The notes under the pieces are model-generated. The model saw only the letters and a list, made by a program, of their open reading frames with translations. It made no database searches and was not told the DNA's origin. A stretch of 11,158 nt of DNA from Lentisphaerae bacterium RIFOXYC12_FULL_60_16. Its GTDB lineage: Bacteria > Verrucomicrobiota > Kiritimatiellia > UBA8416 > YA12-FULL-60-10. Location: NCBI GenBank assembly GCA_001803315.1, contig MHBQ01000175.1, positions 1-11,158 of the forward strand, given 5' to 3'. The position numbers and the translations under genes are program-made. Shown one piece after another: positions 6,775-11,158 of this stretch (position 1 is its first letter; the number at the start of each line of letters is the position of its first letter).

Positions 6775-6860
6775 TGGTGCCTGGGGCGGGAGTCGAACCC
6801 GCACTGCCTTTCAGCAAACGGATTTTAAGTCCGTTGCGTCTGCCATTCCGCCACCCAGGC
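6775..6860 (-). tRNA. tRNA-Leu, anticodon UAA (class II, long variable arm), CCA encoded
   Basis: Reverse complement folds as a cloverleaf with CCA at the 3' end. Acceptor GCCTGGG/CCCAGGC. D stem GCG/CGC. Anticodon stem ACGGA/TCCGT with loop CTTAAAA (anticodon TAA). Extended variable arm TTGCTGAAAGGCAGT. T arm GCGGG-TTCGACT-CCCGC. Discriminator A then CCA. Confidence 0.9.
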
Positions 6861-6975
6861 ATGGTTGATCTCCCGTCACACTATCAGGGATGATTTCAGA
6901 ACTTCGAGCATAAACACGCGTGAACGAGGTGAAAAGCGTTGTACATCGTGACCGGAAAAGCACTAGGGTTCGCGC

Positions 6976-7422
6976 ATGGATTTAATCATACCAGGGTCCG
7001 CCTACGGTTCCCTCTTTGTGATAAGCTTCCTGGCATCGACCGTGTTGCCGGTGGGCTCCGAATGGCTCCTGGTGGCGCTTTTACTCAAGGGCTATTCACT
7101 CCCGCTTACGGTGACAGTCGCCACGGCCGGCAATACGCTCGGCGCCTGCACCACCTATGCCCTCGGCCTGTGGGGAGGGCAAGTTCTCGTCACCCGGCTG
7201 CTCAAGATCAATCCGGAATCCCTGGAACGTGCCCGCCGCGTTTACGCCCGGCACGGGGCATGGTCCCTGCTGTTCTCGTGGGTACCGATTCTCGGGGACC
7301 CGCTCTGCGCGTTCAGCGGTCTCTTCCGAACACCCTGGTGGCTGTTTCTGGTCCTGGTACTGTCAGGTAAACTCGCACGTTACCTCGTTCTTGCCTGGAC
7401 GACGGTTGCGGTTGATGGTTGA
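6976..7422 (+). CDS. yqaA: YqaA-family small inner-membrane protein (DedA/SNARE-associated domain)
   Basis: Near-collinear with E. coli YqaA (recalled from memory): VLPVGSEWLLVALLLKG ~ LLPGNSEVVLVAMLLSG. GNTLGAC ~ GNSLGG. RHGAWSLLFSWVPILGDPLCAFSGLFRTPW ~ RYGAATLLLSWMPVVGDLLCLLAGWMRISW. GKLARYLVLAWTTV ~ GKALRYVAVAAATV. Lengths are similar (148 vs 142 aa). Confidence 0.88.
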   Translation: MDLIIPGSAYGSLFVISFLASTVLPVGSEWLLVALLLKGYSLPLTVTVATAGNTLGACTTYALGLWGGQVLVTRLLKINPESLERARRVYARHGAWSLLFSWVPILGDPLCAFSGLFRTPWWLFLVLVLSGKLARYLVLAWTTVAVDG

Positions 7423-7456
7423 TGATCATGGGAAGAGTCAAAAGATGGAGTGAAAC

Positions 7457-9322
7457 ATGAAAAAGAATCTGGAAAACGGGTTTGTCGATCATGGCGTGGC
7501 CACACCGGTCAGCAACCATCGCGGTACGGTCGCCACAGTCGATGGCCAGGGGCGCAAGGTTGTCCTGGTCTGGCTGTTCGATCACCGGGGCGGATACGCC
7601 CTGCTGATGATCGATGCAGAGACCGGTCAGACCCGCGAAATCCCGGTGCCATTCCCCACCGGAGGCGATTGCCCGTATGCCTCGATCCTTTCCAGCCGGA
7701 ATCGTTTCTATACCCATTTCAACAGCCATTTCATCGAATTTGATCCGGCTACCGCAACGTTCACGTTTTGCCATACAACCGCTCCGCAGATGGCCATGGG
7801 CATGACGGAGGATGATCAGGGCGTAATCTGGTCGGTTACCTATCCCGACAGCGGGGTGGTCTCGTTCAATCCGACCATCCGCGATTTCCGGGATTACGGG
7901 CATGTCCATCATGAGAACTGGCGCCAGTACCAGCGATTCGTCGCGGCTGATGATGCCGGGTGGATCTATTTCGGGCTGGGCAATACCGCCGGCCAGATCG
8001 TGGCGTTTGAACCTGCCACCGGGAAGGCCGTATCCCTGCTGGCCGATGCCGAACGGGGTATCGGGACCGCCCTGGTATACCGGGACCTGAACGGGAAAGT
8101 CTACGGTCAGCCCCTTCAAGGGCAGGATGACAACTGGTATGAACTGTACCGGGGCAAGGCAACCCGCATCGGTGCGCATCTGAACCGGCAACCCAAACCC
8201 ATCATCACGTCGAGCCAGGGTCTGTTTCATGCACGTTTCCCGGACGGGAAGCAACTGATCGCCTGCAACCTGCTGGATCATCAGCTGGTGGTGGAAGATC
8301 CGGCCACGGGGAAACGTTATGAACGGACTTTCACCTACAGCAGTGACGGTGCCCACATTATGGGGGTGGCGGCTTCCCCGGATGGGACCGTGTGCGGGGG
8401 GACGGCGTTCCCCATGCGCGCGTTCCAATACAATCCCGGAACCGATACGTGGATCAACCATGAAGGTTTTGGACAGTTTAATACGCTCGCACGCCAGGGG
8501 GACCGGATGTTTGTAGGCGGTTATATCCGGGGATTTCTGCTGGAATGGGATCCGGCGACAGCCTGGGGCCGCACGGAAAAGGGAGTGGCGGATTCCAATC
8601 CCCGGTTCCTGACCGAATGCGAGCCGTCCATCAACCGTCCCCATAAATTGCTCGCCTGCCCGGACGGAAACACGGTGATCCTGGCCGGAACCCCGGGTTA
8701 CGGATACACCGGAGGGGGGCTCCTGTTCTGGGATCGCCGGAAACAAGCCGGGACCCTGGTGGAACATACGGATCTGTTGCCGGACCATTCCACGATGAGC
8801 CTGGCGCCATTGCCCGGCAACAAGGTGCTTGGCGGCGGCACAACGGATCCCGGAACCGGCGGTGAGCGGAAAGCCGCCGAATCCGAACTCTTTATTCTCG
8901 ACATCACCAGTCGCCGGATCGAATGGCATGATGTGGTCCTGCGCAACGTACAGGGGTACTCGGATCTATGTACCGGCCGGGATGGGTTGGTTTACGGAAT
9001 GGCCGATGCCGCCCGATTCTTTGTGTTTGACCCTGACCCTGTCCGGCGGGTCCTGCTGCATGAGGAAAACCTGGAACCGAAGTTCGGGCTTCTGGGTTAC
9101 CAGCAGGGTCAGCGCAAGATGCTGATGGCCCCGGACGGGACGATTTATGTCCTGTTTCTGAAAGGTATTGCCCGGGTCAACACCAACCCCTTCACGTTGA
9201 CGTGGATGGTTGATTCACCCGTCCCGATCCACGCAGGCGGCGATATTCTCGATGGGCGGATCTATTTCGCCAGCGCCTCGCACCTTTACAGTTTCATGAT
9301 ACCCGGAGCCCGTACATCTTAA
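7457..9322 (+). CDS. Hypothetical cytoplasmic beta-propeller-like protein with reiterated xDPATG blade motifs
   Basis: No signal peptide. Repeated motif FDPATATF / FEPATGKAV / EDPATGKRY / WDPATAWG / FDPDPVRR at roughly 90-110 aa spacing, with G/Y/W/D-rich strands typical of propeller blades (YVTN/SGL-like). RBS GGAG lies 9 nt upstream of ATG 7457. Begins 34 nt after yqaA and may be co-transcribed. Confidence 0.7.
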   Translation: MKKNLENGFVDHGVATPVSNHRGTVATVDGQGRKVVLVWLFDHRGGYALLMIDAETGQTREIPVPFPTGGDCPYASILSSRNRFYTHFNSHFIEFDPATATFTFCHTTAPQMAMGMTEDDQGVIWSVTYPDSGVVSFNPTIRDFRDYGHVHHENWRQYQRFVAADDAGWIYFGLGNTAGQIVAFEPATGKAVSLLADAERGIGTALVYRDLNGKVYGQPLQGQDDNWYELYRGKATRIGAHLNRQPKPIITSSQGLFHARFPDGKQLIACNLLDHQLVVEDPATGKRYERTFTYSSDGAHIMGVAASPDGTVCGGTAFPMRAFQYNPGTDTWINHEGFGQFNTLARQGDRMFVGGYIRGFLLEWDPATAWGRTEKGVADSNPRFLTECEPSINRPHKLLACPDGNTVILAGTPGYGYTGGGLLFWDRRKQAGTLVEHTDLLPDHSTMSLAPLPGNKVLGGGTTDPGTGGERKAAESELFILDITSRRIEWHDVVLRNVQGYSDLCTGRDGLVYGMADAARFFVFDPDPVRRVLLHEENLEPKFGLLGYQQGQRKMLMAPDGTIYVLFLKGIARVNTNPFTLTWMVDSPVPIHAGGDILDGRIYFASASHLYSFMIPGARTS

Positions 9323-9352
9323 ACAAGGACATTTCCGTTTTCCGTTCCCCTG

Positions 9353-9373
9353 CACCATCTGATGGTGTATAAT
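9353..9373 (+). promoter_or_regulatory. Candidate sigma-70-type promoter: perfect -10 TATAAT (9368-9373) preceded by a 15-bp palindrome CACCATC-T-GATGGTG (9353-9367) in the -35/spacer region; candidate operator
   Basis: TATAAT lies 35 nt upstream of ATG 9409 in the only AT-rich stretch of the window. The palindrome abuts the -10. The -35 is poor (TTCCCC/GTTCCC), consistent with activator or repressor dependence. Confidence 0.4.
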
Positions 9374-9408
9374 TAATGCGAATTTGTATTTAAAGGGGGC
9401 CGAAAGGG

Positions 9409-10386
9409 ATGAAATCATTTTCCGTCATGCTGGCAGTTGCGTGTATCATGATGTCGATCCCCTCAGCGGGTCACGCCCACCTGTGTAATGACGTGTTCGC
9501 CCAGGCGGATGACAACCTCGCCGTCAAGGTGGACGTGCGCGACGGCCAGCTGCGTATCGGCGAGACCGCATCCTTCCGCGTCTACCTGCTGAACACCATG
9601 GACCGCGACATCGCCAACATCAACCTCGAGGTCCGGTCAACCCAGTTCGATTCATCCGCCGTACCGGGAACCGATTGGAAAGGCTTCCCCAAACTCCGGA
9701 CCGTCAAGCAGGGCGGCAAGAAGGAATATTTCGACATCACCCTCAAGCGCAAACCGGGCATTCCCGACGGCGCCTACAAGATCGACCTCCGCCTGTTCAA
9801 CGGGGGAAACCCCGCCCAGGAATTCAAGACCGTGGACCTGGGCAACGCCTGCGGCACCCACAAGCTCAAACCCGCCAAGGGAATTGCCGTCGATGGCGAA
9901 CCCGCCGCCGCGGAATGGGCGTCCTCCATCCTGTGTACGGATTTCTACGAGGTCACCGCAGCCGGCAAATATCTCGCCAACCAGCGCTCCACGGAACAAC
10001 CCCGGTTCCGCATCGCTGCCGACGCCACCTACCTGTATTGCCTGCTGGCGTTCGAAGGACGTTCCGAAGCCACGGAAGATATCGCCACCATCTATGCCGC
10101 CCCCACACCCGATGATGAACCCCGCATGGTGAAAATCGACCGGGTCGCCGGCAAAGCCCTCACCGACGAACATGCCGGCAAGATTACGGTGAAAAAATCA
10201 GCCGACGGCCGGCAGCTTGAATGCCGCATCCCCCGCGCCCTCCTGGGCATCGATGCCGATAACCGCTTCTACCTGAACCTGACCCGGACCACGGCCAAGA
10301 ACAACCGCGAGTACAAGGACTTCTGGCGGGGCAACCCGCTGTCGCTCAACAACCCGGTGGTCTATGACCAGTTCGTCGTGGAGTAA
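9409..10386 (+). CDS. Secreted protein with N-terminal signal peptide and C-terminal CBM9-like/DOMON-like carbohydrate-binding-type domain
   Basis: Signal peptide MKSFSVMLAVACIMMSIPSAGHA. Strong RBS AAAGGGGG lies 9 nt upstream of the ATG. C-terminal region (GIAVDGEPAAAEWASSIL...DFYEV...PRFRIAADATYLYCLLAF...) resembles the CBM family 9-like / DOMON fold (IDG.LDE.W..A ... LY.A.). N-terminal half is beta-rich and Ig-like (ETASFRVYLLN...INLEVRS). Confidence 0.72.
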   Translation: MKSFSVMLAVACIMMSIPSAGHAHLCNDVFAQADDNLAVKVDVRDGQLRIGETASFRVYLLNTMDRDIANINLEVRSTQFDSSAVPGTDWKGFPKLRTVKQGGKKEYFDITLKRKPGIPDGAYKIDLRLFNGGNPAQEFKTVDLGNACGTHKLKPAKGIAVDGEPAAAEWASSILCTDFYEVTAAGKYLANQRSTEQPRFRIAADATYLYCLLAFEGRSEATEDIATIYAAPTPDDEPRMVKIDRVAGKALTDEHAGKITVKKSADGRQLECRIPRALLGIDADNRFYLNLTRTTAKNNREYKDFWRGNPLSLNNPVVYDQFVVE

Positions 10387-11014
10387 CCGCCTCATCCCGA
10401 CACTGATCGCGCTGGGCTTGCTGGTTGCCGTGTCCATCCGCGCAACCGGGACCGGTGAGGTCCTGCTCACCTTCCACGCCGAACCCGCGCCAGCCCTGTC
10501 CGGATACCGGATCGGCTTGCAGGAATTCGTATCCCCCACCCAGGCTGTTGCCCTCCTCCGGTTCAACGATGCGCGGTTCGCCGTTTCCGGCCCTGAACAA
10601 GTCTCCCTCTTCAGCCCGGACAATACCCCCATCGAATACTGGCTTGACCCCGCGGACGCCACCACCGAGTTCGGCTCCATGGTCTCGATTCGCCTGGCCT
10701 TCCATGTCCCCGCCACCATCCCGACCAACCCCGTTCCCCCCTACCGCCTGGTCTGGGGACCGGACACCCGTGCCACGTTCACGCTCCGGCCCGGCTGGAT
10801 CGTCGATCCCGGCCGCCCGGATCATTACCGTATCGTGCGCTGGCACGATCCCGCCGGCGATTCGGACGGCCAACTGGCATCCATCGAGGTCATCGCCGAC
10901 AGTCATGCCGGCTTGTACTCCCTCTGGTACCTCGTCCCGATGAGCATCCTGTTTATCCTGCTGACCATCCGAAAGATGCACCATGGTGACGATGCCGTTA
11001 ATCCACCAGCTTGA
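10364..11014 (+). CDS. Hypothetical exported protein with N-terminal signal/anchor sequence and C-terminal TM anchor
   Basis: N-terminus LIPTLIALGLLVAVSIRATG is signal-peptide-like. Pro-rich beta-type middle region. C-terminal hydrophobic helix LYSLWYLVPMSILFILLTIRKMHH followed by basic residues. Overlaps the stop of the upstream secreted-protein gene by 23 nt in another frame, suggesting an operon. No in-frame alternative start is available downstream, so the overlap is likely real. Confidence 0.55.
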   Translation: MTSSSWSNRLIPTLIALGLLVAVSIRATGTGEVLLTFHAEPAPALSGYRIGLQEFVSPTQAVALLRFNDARFAVSGPEQVSLFSPDNTPIEYWLDPADATTEFGSMVSIRLAFHVPATIPTNPVPPYRLVWGPDTRATFTLRPGWIVDPGRPDHYRIVRWHDPAGDSDGQLASIEVIADSHAGLYSLWYLVPMSILFILLTIRKMHHGDDAVNPPA

Positions 11015-11158
11015 GCAGACGCTCCTGCCGTTCGCCAACCCGTTCTTCGCCGCGGTCCTGACCGTGCTGACCCTGCCGGCCATGCGCCGGGCCACGTCAA
11101 CCACGCGGCGGATCGGATGGCTCGCACTCACCCTGGCGGTGTTCGCGGTTGTGCGCTT
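10992..11158 (+). CDS. 5' end of a membrane protein gene running off the window (partial)
   Basis: ATG 10992 opens a frame that stays open to the window end: MPLIHQLEQTLLPFANPFFAAVLTVLTLPAMRRATSTTRRIGWLALTLAVFAVVR, with two predicted TM helices. Overlaps the 3' end of the preceding gene by 23 nt. Not in the supplied ORF track, probably because it has no stop within the window. Confidence 0.3.
   Translation, partial: MPLIHQLEQTLLPFANPFFAAVLTVLTLPAMRRATSTTRRIGWLALTLAVFAVVR

Noticed and set aside
6861-6975. Promoter elements for tRNA-Leu (minus) and yqaA (plus) in the 115-bp divergent spacer
   Set aside because: Candidate hexamers (GATAGT for the tRNA; TTGTAC...ACTAGG for yqaA) are weak and spacing is uncertain. 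They cannot be supported beyond guesswork without TSS data.
6939-7370. 143-aa + strand ORF (MYIVTGKALGF...) overlapping yqaA in another frame
   Set aside because: Out-of-frame shadow of yqaA. The yqaA frame aligns residue-by-residue with E. coli YqaA, and the shadow frame is Arg/Pro/Gly-rich.
7313-8929. 538-aa ORF on the minus strand
   Set aside because: Antisense to the propeller-protein gene and overlapping yqaA. It has no RBS and a Gly/Arg/Pro-rich composition. The + strand frame has a repeated structured motif and an RBS.
10346-11131. 261-aa ORF on the minus strand (and 10198-10728 minus, 176 aa)
   Set aside because: Antisense to the exported-protein genes. The translations are Gly/Arg/Asp-rich low complexity, and the + strand frames carry a signal peptide, a TM anchor and coherent composition.

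Overview
High-GC (~63%) bacterial chromosomal window with 12-13 protein-coding genes and one tRNA; codon usage and gene content suggest a Verrucomicrobia/Planctomycetes-like organism. No rRNA, CRISPR array or obvious transposase is present.

Genes in order:
- The 3' end of an upstream gene, overlapping the next start by ATGA.
- A 577-aa membrane-anchored SPFH/flotillin-like protein. Its N-terminal SPFH beta-segment is triplicated and it ends in a coiled-coil tail.
- A polytopic membrane protein 9 bp downstream.
- A convergent NAD-dependent epimerase/dehydratase (SDR, GxxGxxG and YxxxK).
- A three-gene module on the + strand: a membrane HExxH putative zinc metallopeptidase, an ECF sigma-70 factor, and a zf-HC2 (H-x3-C-x2-C) single-pass anti-sigma factor. 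The sigma and anti-sigma frames overlap.
- A minus-strand gene encoding an unusual fusion of HEAT/PBS-lyase repeats, a C4 zinc ribbon and a DUF559/Vsr-like PD-(D/E)xK endonuclease domain.
- A minus-strand tRNA-Leu(UAA), immediately upstream of that gene.
- A clear yqaA homologue (DedA/SNARE-associated small membrane protein).
- A 621-aa cytoplasmic beta-propeller-like protein with reiterated xDPATG blade motifs.
- A signal-peptide-bearing secreted protein with a CBM9/DOMON-like C-terminal domain. It is preceded by a perfect TATAAT box and a 15-bp palindrome.
- An overlapping gene for a signal-peptide plus C-terminal TM-anchor protein.
- The start of a further membrane protein running off the window.

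The most unusual locus is the HEAT-Zn-ribbon-DUF559 gene. It is bracketed by a 23-bp (22/23 identical) inverted repeat and sits directly 3' of tRNA-Leu, consistent with a single-gene cassette at a tRNA hotspot.

Many long ORFs in the six-frame track are antisense artefacts of high GC and were rejected.
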